64,000 nucleotides of DNA from a virus: positions 1 through 64,000 of IMG/VR virus record IMGVR_UViG_3300029787_000010; one strand, given 5' to 3'. Positions 58,301 to 63,935 of this stretch are shown here, piece after piece (position 1 is the first letter of the stretch; the number at the start of each line of letters is the position of its first letter). Made by a program: the position numbers and the translations under genes. The notes beneath the pieces were generated by a model. The model searched no databases, had not been told where the DNA came from, and was given only the letters and a program-made list of their open reading frames with translations.

Positions 58301-59769
58301 TGTTCTACAAAGGCAGCACTTGCTTCGGGTAAAACACCCATAAAGGGGTGGCCAGCGACATGGTTGAGCGTGTGTCGCCCAGTATGTCCAATCAAGAACT
58401 TGTCATCCATCCGAGTCGTGGCCGAGAACTTGGTGTAGTCATTATCAGTGATAGCCATCGTTGTAGAGAACATGATGCCGTGATTTTGCAGGTCACTTTC
58501 ATCAATCAAAACTTGTCCTTGCCGGTGAGAAAATTGTGTTCCTGTTCCAACCTTTTGGTTCGGGTTGTCTTGACCCGCATCTACCAAACAATCCCCAGTC
58601 ACAATCACGCCAATACCTGCGCTGTGTGTCATCAATGCTCCACGACGACCCGTGCTGGCATTTGAAGCAAAGTCCAAATGAATGCTCTCTACAGTCATGG
58701 TCCCAGCAGAAGCATCTACCGCAGTGATGCGCATACGCTCGGGGGCTTCTCGGTTTGGAATACCAGTATCGTTGTCATAGCCCAACGGGTTGATAAGCAA
58801 GTTGTAAGGGACATGCGGTATTGAAACAGTAGAAGTCGTACCTCCGCTGTTTGTACGAGTCACAGCGTAATTACCAGTTGATTGGGGCGAAGTGGTCAAA
58901 GTAACTGATGACTCACCTGCCTTTCCAGTGAATGAGTCAACCAATGTTTGAGCAAGCGTAGTCCCAATGCTGATAGACGAAGACACACCTGTCTGCGCAG
59001 ATATGGAAGGTAGGTCAAGAACTGTCGTGAACGGCTCTACAGGCTCTTCAAATCGCCAAAGTCCAATTGTACTGTCACTCTTGATAGGCATTTCAAAACG
59101 AGAAGCAGCGTCGGAAGCCCCACGCATCCAGTGAATGGCTTCAATGACTCCACGATATTCACCTCCGGTACCGCCGATACTGAGGGTCGTAGGGTAGAGC
59201 ACAAGTTCATGGTCTTCTGTAAGTTGACGCTGTGCCACGACAGTACCGTTAATAGCCAGTGAAAGGACTCGCCGGTCAAAGGTCGCCGTGACCAGCATCA
59301 ATTCTCGGTGCCCCAAGTTAAGGGCCGTAAGGTCATTCTTCCCTTTGTCCTGCGCACTGAATGTGTCGTGTACATCGTCACCTGCTTGTGGAAAAGTAAT
59401 GCCGTCCCAATAAGCAATTTCGCCGTCGGGCCCGGACACACTTTTCGCAGTGCTCAGTGTAAATGTGTTGACAGCGCCGTTGTTGGCGTTTCGCAACTGA
59501 ACTTGGAAATGAGCCGGGCCCGGACTTGATGGGCTGCCGACAATGAGGCGGCAGATGTTTTCTTGTTCCCACACGATACCTCCCGAGTCGGGGATGACCC
59601 ACGCTTCAAGTGTAAACGAAGAAAGTGAATTGAGTGGTGACTGGTTGTTCAAATCACTCCCTTCGTGCAACTCACCGAAGTTGCTTCGGAAGTTCATGCG
59701 CGGGACAGTGACACCATCAGTGACGCCATTGAAGAAGAGAGCGTGACTTGGCTTCATCAATAACGACAT
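43309..59769 (-). CDS. Giant virion/tail protein (5486 aa) with an N-terminal LamG-like domain and an internal beta-propeller
   Basis: Uninterrupted 16.5-kb ORF; ALFFNG..D, FTLEAWV, GLWRFEE (LamG-like); DGTK repeats; located between Dit-like and hub genes. Confidence 0.85.
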   Translation of the reverse strand: MSLLMKPSHALFFNGVTDGVTVPRMNFRSNFGELHEGSDLNNQSPLNSLSSFTLEAWVIPDSGGIVWEQENICRLIVGSPSSPGPAHFQVQLRNANNGAVNTFTLSTAKSVSGPDGEIAYWDGITFPQAGDDVHDTFSAQDKGKNDLTALNLGHRELMLVTATFDRRVLSLAINGTVVAQRQLTEDHELVLYPTTLSIGGTGGEYRGVIEAIHWMRGASDAASRFEMPIKSDSTIGLWRFEEPVEPFTTVLDLPSISAQTGVSSSISIGTTLAQTLVDSFTGKAGESSVTLTTSPQSTGNYAVTRTNSGGTTSTVSIPHVPYNLLINPLGYDNDTGIPNREAPERMRITAVDASAGTMTVESIHLDFASNASTGRRGALMTHSAGIGVIVTGDCLVDAGQDNPNQKVGTGTQFSHRQGQVLIDESDLQNHGIMFSTTMAITDNDYTKFSATTRMDDKFLIGHTGRHTLNHVAGHPFMGVLPEASAAFVEQSVDAVAQIMEATFTGRYGQLKDVVVAGSEVAFHDEVGDFSVSHATFTSSPTQVVENGMAGIDDTKRGLLAIGGTGFDAEPFALKGLQDTDPTGTEHTRHLTPSSEPRIAILKLPTLATHDYAPFVQVHYEAIDFGGTGLQYAATGRLAANYSSNVITLQSTKAFGKDTGTTTADKVFIGSEVAGASSITVTISHSPATLTFSSAPTSAFQTAAVTGAIVRTTLDGSALIVNKTVPKASVEVTSGTRVLDIMHTDIAAGTAVLYAPGGVIEFGATSDFYFEDGDLIGDDTEGTLHEGALDETKSPKNYLPSHSSDSPQSAPSIIPTAFYDDNARPSYFHKLIVTPSEVEDLGSEVDSNGNFKAKFAHGRRVRTGVLVNNAGGYAASTTNFTVSGVDATTVFAVGVPLYSLHGQNLGEISALSATSITISSGSTAAIVHREELFYQPIRQSRSNSNQGTPINEVFDIVSHRGQGASVRLIVQPNDRTRFNQLSKMLTLEEDSTTPNKVAVQYVMSRGKVLDFQLSMNGQDITLRAHGLVADALSNSVNVKGDGAPDSFVVKEIMPGAPVVTMTMGGPGQGAVNTKPTFSPSAVSRLGWSLRRDCVTKVSALGSTTITVVPLNNAATDLASWGTYCFPQNGRIYFKQPVSTDTGTDNAFAYATYSSKTGTAFTFTSSTGQRGLGTFVDFDGRELDSFAAWKTAVGISVGNNLHVDNKFDEGSVVHDGTTINDRMFQSLNSVQHDYQLGTQYASTRAMVEIPLFHDQFFNALVGPDNSMKLHLDATYTAPSWSPNPVGRRPTSTSPEDPALHSAYSVSVVDKTHREGTTVSAEYDAANRRVYVTNHKVFPAPSSIPVTVANINGALRLRTAYTANGEWVMYSGVNTANGYLEVAGNAAADDNWAFSAGFKREFQVGMQVMPPLDNENLNYQSVADNPLVSSAGYEGRDSFYFDRANAMTQGGNIDYGLKQYVSAVEFRAGPSINPHLARIKNKRAKGIVSSFSSPTLVLKDGSDFPLDITANSNYAYRVRYYDTTASAFKHAHYNTRTGNSLALVSIDSGFNPPVGTEITLIDVHTTTSIFPEVNTNYFLNTAWANPYCPGGLRAGDTVWMNMHYTNPHATEGLFCKSRGTLNEGEVWEGFLGGEGDLATIPRSSLPLENFLIGNSCLETARNFVQHVNKTIEMNYESLGLSSAIPVVAYLDPYQSTEEHARVLLYDVAHDREFIAFQDLHMQVQSSPAAVKIGTDNEGSGAHDNDKRNSGIDVAAGFASQNKNLASSASSEFVEASMSHNSTWNANVAIGSHATGYHEQTPQVSSIMPRTQDATVDTSEANTLHQQMLKDTTEQATFFDTPDGTRVIPAFLSMKGIRSSTLDLSTHEEDRLQHLPHWTNMDFVRRLVIDLGEVGVKEGVTDIEAAAKEVVRLINQAGAKNGRTHARRPADQYLGEGERFDLGKGETSVNTGRIKDPAARHQRADFAATGSTHDPAPFWNKDTAFGSHDRGSHMGYMRAHLGRIVTDEDGKEGYSVVIHSTVPGASGRNFCVWLDASRAQTPYRPEFLIGHGGRFRNYWCQPNEKDGENMHPAPMPINRLGRPFAPITTLREYLPVEQTSDEYRNNLDFGPEIQSSVSLNTESTTEHATGRSANTVVDSNFEPKASGQVIVNGLRVGSQAIGRINFGGLTQAGIPGWAPDCSRWGYGPDGENVRFDHIYGDNEHIGTKQHGLVNQLAGSYIPDDEIRPDKIGDGQMYGIRLADHRGKSHTVRFVYRQFGEAFAGDLTHLPETLDDEIVIYFDDRDVGQGGFTVGKHMAGKGDVNGRYTAGTKSSFKGNLWNNYNSPAVGISISVEKDGSNDNLKFTLASPYDNGGSFTHTDILGYLGLPDSGLIQLNDMGSGNNGEVYYYTSRSHEGKAGIGGSNEHFLYGVKNIGSNYQSGKVTRIMSPRINFTCVLTDEVMAAAVNFAINMDDPNTDDVAATTFDCTGLYAPDGRTLGEWGVKPGAVRIKAYSSKDRVVPLNHLFESSLTPDLGIQASVADADLSASQINDSMRIDCGYLPKTLLTITTKFRGPNANTATPVLVNSQNNIVSTDLWRQNLRGDNFYRLPGDRIIPMVNSPMIEIATINTGTPHIETDNSNNELLFLALTPASNDSNSWGNQVVLWLGEENWARVQSTAGSTSHYHATIVSHSDDFLTTAVAGDILVKQNSIAKSRYLQGIRTKGSKHGEPFLYFRGGKPSPDRWVPLYFGGGFSGVTVDINDGTENDYSEFYTHPYADGPTGASGMQNVGEVAGSYALLDANAMLAMFPGTPYLNQHNGRNHMPFFNQDAMLSPDLDAGNNTNASSTGVTYAGGGFTVNCARPSPIVIRFGHPHARYDSTPQADDSTTYLVFGPGQAVPHNFASFEPQLSNIIETGNGYSAVPTNHPVSGLSLLPNIITHGDASIQGFGARLPPAKEYQKTNVQGFNFILNWEPTKGSPNATYYGQSAGEGRYYQSQLGASSPPANAHLMNEVFTNVAGVAMGHASLPTTHASGCVWHMDGGYHPGGHFLDNHIIRNIKHPKSTQRLATGSGTSQNPSVFRVASALAKAYLGTYGSEAAMDHTDNIFIIDATRCQNAEELAAVVATSINTFPGTEPLKAIGGTFLPSMQHAAKQDRYGWVTLDAVQNTGYTEHASGPTAATLTVTSAIPTTLPQYGWLRVSDGAVSGFAPYVSYTGATFTLGVNTITSNSNIVNPVSKAAIPSATFNGPNVKVYVWTKAGTHRYDNSNESINERTQVHFNGLMDAVDRTKPIGAVGWAGERYSYLNSLEVGTTSTFAAGLGAWHPFLGFSPYGSAESCIGSVSPHGSIDTITTLSSESCVHGLASRHLIAVTHESELPLIAKTDRDGIIAMGDWLDVKRSATLANAGTVAWNTGKVHNKDRYVSHATAGPHIEATMVNTTTSFPQKATSYPAVGTEAYWHSRVTAASHISRGDACHSPTGDLFWDKSIVPARANHEDSATYGVECTGVTTKIQYYSTSEGLYKYYNGRQAARNFLEEHVVWKRMDGGNLTLPASNARGLGMTPWVVRKDSSTYKTVGEKVLGNNRFSFETTNKAMMPLIQAQELSHPQLELNYPLVESALNIPNEELQFRSLQVVDDTGQEHRLEGGSPLGTIIYDFRHVSDRDLEGLAPSLAGDGVSPNMRIRLPLANEIPGNIIVRPGFDRIQGYQTETMGAGGIMHPLQGEGAVKDTFADTYTGPRLWPTWENNGWEHLSQDGSDVSNDRLAFPNSSTQGWQQHTDNASLKTAYEPHDRALHFHVTKMGATMTHRYDVDELTYSSFSGTEITVGSTPEAATWTDSNEQSSGRYFLRVYDPTTDKGVIASYTGVGTNKFTGVVYSPDFSSFVAGKTGLKVVPSYYMPAGSTRFFAARRLRDHAEYSGASPDMPTIDWPNVGTTPMTQLGTPKLTPMPIPRMGHHYVNATMAMMPGHYAHPAYQRLYDLHRAASAASVISVEEEFSDEGKRPHRDPLIWFSGPTASVSPSDIHGGAFTLLTETKLKFEGYGIAASIDANKTGGHSIVLEAAGTYTQNNHFPDPMEVGAYQIVIQPNLFKQQFNGYHRNGPANNVPDGSVIELTGQQVNTVIAIEHSTSGDGGYTLVLAEATMADVRGCEILLNELMLDIEPDAGSQFTNLPPLALYNPLGVEESASPAFSRRSLPYHPNMFVETTPGFTITVPWWAQLHKDGARAAAATYFRHLEWHTPDHYYQLNRATFGAVGAQITLAGYPTCYPDIYAEHFRIRSLNPNTRATAKDDSAKTITVTNAELFPVDPYYGEQLEYIDSNGERQLATYTHRVGTLAHATLGSPVQFAGVVNITPNFWTNLTVSGSGTIVKLTGPYANRFADEIYTDSNKSIVTRNLLQTYTGTRDTNSLHLPDAFLCMWHPNLGRPFTYYSDDGSRSFYTKAGDVDSPVLKKGLNNIPEHYETVHYNDFFYAASKGPFALGMNWLKPPYEETISYSLQAVSDSVGTTANRKGINFQQIHATTTWLTGMRVVGDDIIVSNRGNNNDYDTDNVFFSKIDIANTDGLYDQQSAGLGDSDLNSCDGFDIDPSGTKMIVTDFHGGGIRSATLASAFDVSSTFTFTGSKNLSSQTGIRAAAWNGDGTKYFVGYASTLRQFSTASPYIVASGDTEGTSASISASTISDILFNSDGTKMWLSGASGYVREYTLSTPYDTSTSSLDVTLDLRTYFLNKSASVSQSGSDTTPWVSGIDWSDDGTKLYVSTLWGVIDDSKMSNNPSPATVNGVDGASTTNRFPIMEISISTTSSVGGTGAIFTASQLDATSALSHQGGTIGSDKFNFAGYWPGGSRGGAGSSRLDGFLEALIGWGGKLFGVDCVSFRDNSGVDERTYAQMTSDSDDARNYCFGYRMAVRQPMNRPRWSPYVRGYLEVANSNALLGYYHGPFVQQDSKTDGWKAGTDYPASYAGILERLTQISALFNEDQLGRQVRYSDGRRMTKPFGCPVRVLRNPSTVRKMYAGDAAGKEIYELANAHRYYLVDWWGNTRGEDVRRFPVRGFGISPAWDPENAYTDGGRNDRPANRGLFASYDDRQSGNSNTVNNDATDMGTVDWFNPANSMRVGDRGDGRGVRWPTHFNESLLMDVSESIEPTGLVLSQPTSEPTIGKGLNRPRNDVLQAEEIERGISARLELDSEEGLLKPEAMVSESIETVSANTDMTDPVGADGVRIGLDVDTMSELNDGESQEYIIMSTEAHSLHSNRSVGQRITLRGAKDVGSQTLGHLDMTALSWSAQPVKGILKISDAHSMWSLGGTYIMDWSVRQGALSDEGWGKANTASTSNPYQDANHDPTDGKTNVSDSRIEFLVRPVRTLDKHHAQLFRGKRMLKTGSPQDGSNFYLATGGGKYGIYTSDAPSARTGTPSSPPYSPVYSIAPNTSVTASDSNGPKILGVDVTGYDKTDITNPVARIVMSENTLEHFRSDAARKEDFSVEPRYSQSLHPKGADGDTNFNTGDHSTE

Positions 59770-61064
59770 CAATTCACCCCTATTACATGGTCCGCACTGA
59801 CTACTTGTAAATCAAACCTGTAGTAGTTTTCCGCACCTTCTTTGCTCATGTGGAATGATTCGGGTATCACCGAAATGCCACCGCTATTGAGGGTCGCACC
59901 TCGCGCCGTAACCTTAGCCCACGCATCTCCAATGACATCGCCAATACCATCTATAGAAAAGCCAAACACATCTTCAATCACACTGGATTCGGGCTCACCT
60001 GTTTCTTCTTGGCCACTGCTGTCAAAAGCGCCGATGTCCATCGGCAGCGTACTCGGGCGAGTGTTGCGAAGCGAGCCCTTCTGCAAAGGAGACACTTTGC
60101 CCGCAGTGAGAAAAAAATTGCGTACAACAGGCGTAATGTCGTTTGAAGTGATGAGTGAGTTGTAGGGTATTTGGATGCCTCGTAAAAGGTCCTTGTCCTT
60201 TGTGCTATTCGCCAGCAAACCAAGCAAATTTTGGGCCTTATCACCTGCGCTCAAAACCTTACCTCCCAAGCCGTCCGAACTGGTTTTTTGAACTGCGATT
60301 GGGACCGGCCGACCTAATCCTGTATTCATAGCGAAAAACGGATTGTATCGCACAGCGTCGTTGACAAAGGTGTCCACCAATGTTAGCGTAGTACCCGAAA
60401 CGGAGTCATTGAAAGCATCAGTCACTTGCTTTCCACTCACGCCGTCCACGCTACTTGTTTTGGTAATTTCAGTGGTCAATTGAAGGGCATCCTGTACGAT
60501 AAGTGCTAATGTGCTGGCGGGGTTTGAGTTGGCTGAACTGTACATCACACCGCCAACCGGGACATCAATTTGCACTTTGCCTGTTTTTTCAGCCAAATTA
60601 AACGATGCGTTGACAGATGGTGTAGCGGAGCCGCCTGCACGGTTTGAAACAGAACTGTTGAATTGTAGGACTATGTAGTTGCCCGACAGAAGCGAAGCAC
60701 CACCATTTGGTGAGTTGTATCGCCAGTAGGCTGGCTGCAAGCCGATGAGCGAAGATTGTAGGTTGGTCTGTGTCGCAGTGTTTTGTACATTAACGACAGG
60801 TGTAGTTGTCGGCAATATGTTGGCGAAGTTCATGACGAGGGACGAAGGTGCAGAAGTAGTAAGGGCGCTCATAGGGTCGTCTTGAATGATGCCTTGTACA
60901 CTGATGACGATTTGGGGTATGTTGGTATCAATGGCTGCACGATAGGAACTGATAGGTACAGGGAATGCAGCCACTGTCCGCTCGGCCACGATGTTGATGT
61001 CGGTGGCGTCCACGAAGACCTCATGTCGGTCTTTCTCGCCAAAAATCAGTCGCAGCGGAATCAT
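59769..61064 (-). CDS. Dit-like tail protein, paralog 2 (431 aa)
   Basis: Shares SAGDKAQ.LLG..ANS, GIQIPY.S and RNFF.T.GK with 61074-62729; position. Confidence 0.6.
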   Translation of the reverse strand: MIPLRLIFGEKDRHEVFVDATDINIVAERTVAAFPVPISSYRAAIDTNIPQIVISVQGIIQDDPMSALTTSAPSSLVMNFANILPTTTPVVNVQNTATQTNLQSSLIGLQPAYWRYNSPNGGASLLSGNYIVLQFNSSVSNRAGGSATPSVNASFNLAEKTGKVQIDVPVGGVMYSSANSNPASTLALIVQDALQLTTEITKTSSVDGVSGKQVTDAFNDSVSGTTLTLVDTFVNDAVRYNPFFAMNTGLGRPVPIAVQKTSSDGLGGKVLSAGDKAQNLLGLLANSTKDKDLLRGIQIPYNSLITSNDITPVVRNFFLTAGKVSPLQKGSLRNTRPSTLPMDIGAFDSSGQEETGEPESSVIEDVFGFSIDGIGDVIGDAWAKVTARGATLNSGGISVIPESFHMSKEGAENYYRFDLQVVSADHVIGVN

Positions 61065-61073
61065 CGTGGCACC

Positions 61074-62729
61074 TCACAGGATAAAGTCCGACGCAATCAT
61101 TTGTAGTCGGAAATTGTAAACATTGGATTGGGCTTGGTGTTCAAGTTGAAGGTCCGTGATAATCGCTTTGATACCTTTGGTTCTTGCACCATTTTGTGTT
61201 GAACTGAATGCGTCACTGGCTGGGTATGGGTTGCTGGAAGACAACTTGCTATCCGTTGATTTGCTCTTACCGTGTGTGATGAAAAAGTTGCGCTGCTCCT
61301 TTATCTCGCTGCTTGAAGTAGCGGAAGAATCGTATGGGATTTGAATGCCCAAGATGTAATCCCCCTTGTCGCTGGCTTCATAACTGCGTAAGTTCTCAAC
61401 AGCGGTCATAACTGCTTCGGAAAATTCGGAAGGAGTAGACGAATTGGGCTGAAAGTTTTGACTGTTGGCTACAATGCCAAGGAGGTCTTGCGCCTTGTCA
61501 CCTGCTGATTTGACCTTCTTACCAGCCCGACCACCAGTGAATCCAGTTGACTCAAACGACACAGCGTAGGGAATGTTGTCTTGAATGGTGCCTTCCAATG
61601 CCCCTAACTCTACATCGGTCTTCTGTGTAATCGTGAGGAAGGTTTGGTCCCCTCCAACTCCAGCAGATGTCACTGCCGAATAAACATCTCCGACTTCTTT
61701 CCCTCCAGCAGCGTCAACACTCCGACTGCACATTCCTCCGACATTGGTAGGCGAACTGCTGTTGAATGCATTCATTACGATGTGTGCCAAGACCTCACCG
61801 GGGTTGGTAGCAGTGCCTATACTACGGGCTGCTCCATTTTGGAAAGCGGGGGCCGTTTGGTCAAACATGTGATTGATTGGAATAACCACAACTGGCATGG
61901 TGTCATTCAAAATAGAAGAATAGGGGACATGAGTGGCTGCCAGTATTTTGACAGCATGGCCGTTTGTCGGCGTTGTGTTGGAATCGTTGAATAGTGTAAT
62001 GGTGTTGGAAGTGACGCTGCTGACAGCGCCGAAAAGGTTCGCAGCAGAACCGTTACCAGTTATAGTGAATGAGTTGGACTGAGCACCAGTGGTTTCAAAC
62101 CATTCACGCGGGTCCCCTCCAGTCACGGTAATGGTGCGAGTTGAACTATTATAACTGTCAACGACAAGGTTTGTCGTTCGGAAACGATTAACATAAGCAT
62201 ACGGCTCTTGGACAGAGCCACTTCGCCTGCTATCAAAGACGAAGCGAACATGACGACTTCCTACAGGTTCGTCTGTCTTGTACCAGTAGCCAACGGGTAA
62301 ATCAAAGTATTTCCCATGGAGATTATTGAGGTAAGCAAAATGAGTATTGCTGGGCGTAGTTGGTGGCATAGTCGGCAATAAAAATCCAATGTCTGCAAAG
62401 CGAGAGAATCCGGATTTAGTACCAGTTGAAGGAGGGAAAAGGTTCGTGTGCCCATTACCGGGAGGGTTAGCGAATGGAGCATCCGTACCAAAGTCCATCG
62501 TAGCCGTGGCAAACTCGGACTTCTCTTGCCCTTTGTCATCCACGAATGTTCCTTCCAACTCCAGCATGACAGCGGCCATGTTGAGGTCAATACCAAATTT
62601 CGCACCGTCCGTGAAAGGCGTTGTGATAGCCGAAGAAGTCCGGTCTACGACAAACTCCACCTTGTGAGCCAAGAGTTCAATGGTGTCACCATCCTCTCGC
62701 ACAAGTCGGACAGGCAATTGCTCTACCAT
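61074..62729 (-). CDS. Dit-like tail protein, paralog 1 (551 aa)
   Basis: Same shared blocks; follows the candidate tape measure. Confidence 0.6.
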   Translation of the reverse strand: MVEQLPVRLVREDGDTIELLAHKVEFVVDRTSSAITTPFTDGAKFGIDLNMAAVMLELEGTFVDDKGQEKSEFATATMDFGTDAPFANPPGNGHTNLFPPSTGTKSGFSRFADIGFLLPTMPPTTPSNTHFAYLNNLHGKYFDLPVGYWYKTDEPVGSRHVRFVFDSRRSGSVQEPYAYVNRFRTTNLVVDSYNSSTRTITVTGGDPREWFETTGAQSNSFTITGNGSAANLFGAVSSVTSNTITLFNDSNTTPTNGHAVKILAATHVPYSSILNDTMPVVVIPINHMFDQTAPAFQNGAARSIGTATNPGEVLAHIVMNAFNSSSPTNVGGMCSRSVDAAGGKEVGDVYSAVTSAGVGGDQTFLTITQKTDVELGALEGTIQDNIPYAVSFESTGFTGGRAGKKVKSAGDKAQDLLGIVANSQNFQPNSSTPSEFSEAVMTAVENLRSYEASDKGDYILGIQIPYDSSATSSSEIKEQRNFFITHGKSKSTDSKLSSSNPYPASDAFSSTQNGARTKGIKAIITDLQLEHQAQSNVYNFRLQMIASDFIL

Positions 62730-62730
62730 C

Positions 62731-63195
62731 TCAAATACCCCTGCTCACTCCACTGTTCTGCAACGAGCCGCCCATTTTGGAACGGAGTTGCTTAGACACC
62801 ATGGCCCCAAGTTCTTCTGCCAGTTTCTTCTTGTCACTGCGGTCAGTGATTCCGGAGACATCAATTTTGATAGCGCCGATGTTGACATTTTGGTTTTGTT
62901 CTACTGAGCCAGCCGGCTGATTTTGCGGAAGGGCATCGGTCTGCTGAGGAGGTCGGAACGCTGTCTGCTGTGCTTCTTCTAACACACCCTGCACATTGCG
63001 CATGGGCTCAATGCTTTGCATTTGGCGCAATGCCTCACGCAAATCACGAGTGCGGGTGTGTGAAACATTCATGATGCGATTGAATCCACTGAGTTCGTCT
63101 CGTAGCCGATTCATGTTTTTGGTGGAATCATCGCTGTATTCAGCGAAGCGACGCATGGAATCAACTGTGCGTGGGTCAAGGTTCTCGTCTACCAT
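62731..63195 (-). CDS. Candidate miniature tape measure protein (154 aa)
   Basis: Position after the chaperone pair; helical N-terminus; C-terminus QNVNIGAIKIDVSG...KKLAEELG typical of TMP ends. Confidence 0.5.
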   Translation of the reverse strand: MVDENLDPRTVDSMRRFAEYSDDSTKNMNRLRDELSGFNRIMNVSHTRTRDLREALRQMQSIEPMRNVQGVLEEAQQTAFRPPQQTDALPQNQPAGSVEQNQNVNIGAIKIDVSGITDRSDKKKLAEELGAMVSKQLRSKMGGSLQNSGVSRGI

Positions 63196-63201
63196 ACTTC
63201 A

Positions 63202-63468
63202 TCACTCCAGTGGAGGCACATAGTCATAGCCCAAATAGACTGCGTCGGTTCGTTGTGCTTCTTGCTTTTTTCTCATTGCCACTGCCCATGCCAGCAGTTG
63301 TCGTGCGTCTTGTGGTCCCAGTTCCCTCACTTCTCTCAGCCCCATGTTGTAATGTGTCATCAGCAAGTATTCGTTTCCTTCTCTTTGTAAGCGAAGCCAG
63401 TCAGTCGTTTGTTTACCCGTTATAAAGTCTACAACGACGCTGACTTCGCCTCCCGAAAACTGAGCCAT
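63202..63468 (-). CDS. Tail assembly chaperone, downstream (T-like) frame
   Basis: -1 frame overlapping the end of the upstream chaperone; no RBS; YNMGLREVREL pattern. Confidence 0.6.
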   Translation of the reverse strand: MAQFSGGEVSVVVDFITGKQTTDWLRLQREGNEYLLMTHYNMGLREVRELGPQDARQLLAWAVAMRKKQEAQRTDAVYLGYDYVPPLE

Positions 63469-63725
63469 TCTACGACTTGGTCGGGATGAGGCACCAGTTC
63501 TCTAAGCGCCATACCTTCTGTGATGGTCAAGTCCTTGAAAGAAATGTTGTCGGGCATATCAAGCCACATATCAAACGCAGCGAGCCAGTATTGAACAAGG
63601 TTGAACTCGGAAGCAGAAAACAATGCTGCGAGAGATTGAACTTCAAAGAAGGTCGGCTCATGCACAGCCACCTCTATAGTCTCTCCATCAATGTCAATTT
63701 TCGTCTGTTTGGTTTTCCTCGTCAT
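63429..63725 (-). CDS. Tail assembly chaperone (G-like)
   Basis: KIDIDGETIEVAVHEPTF N-terminus; ~98 aa; position. Confidence 0.6.
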   Translation of the reverse strand: MTRKTKQTKIDIDGETIEVAVHEPTFFEVQSLAALFSASEFNLVQYWLAAFDMWLDMPDNISFKDLTITEGMALRELVPHPDQVVEWLSFREAKSASL

Positions 63726-63927
63726 ACTCACTCACTTCGTCGTTTGAGGCAGCCTCTTCCGAGGGGTCCTCTTGAGAGTCTGTCGCCTGCTCTTGCGAGG
63801 GGGCGGTGTGCTCTCCAAATGGGTCATCCGAAGCACGACCTGCTTCGGGATTGAATACTTCGTCTTCAACAACTTCGGCCTCGTGCTCCGAACGAGGGTG
63901 TAGTCGTGAAGGGCGTTTCATGGGCAT
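63694..63927 (-). CDS. Acidic disordered protein (77 aa)
   Basis: E/D-rich; start at ATG 63927. Confidence 0.6.
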   Translation of the reverse strand: MPMKRPSRLHPRSEHEAEVVEDEVFNPEAGRASDDPFGEHTAPSQEQATDSQEDPSEEAASNDEVSEYDEENQTDEN

Positions 63928-63935
63928 GGTATCAC

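Noticed and set aside
63415-63461. +1 frameshift at TTT CGG
   Set aside because: The +1 frame hits TAA after about 14 codons; the extended chaperone ORF is in the -1 frame.
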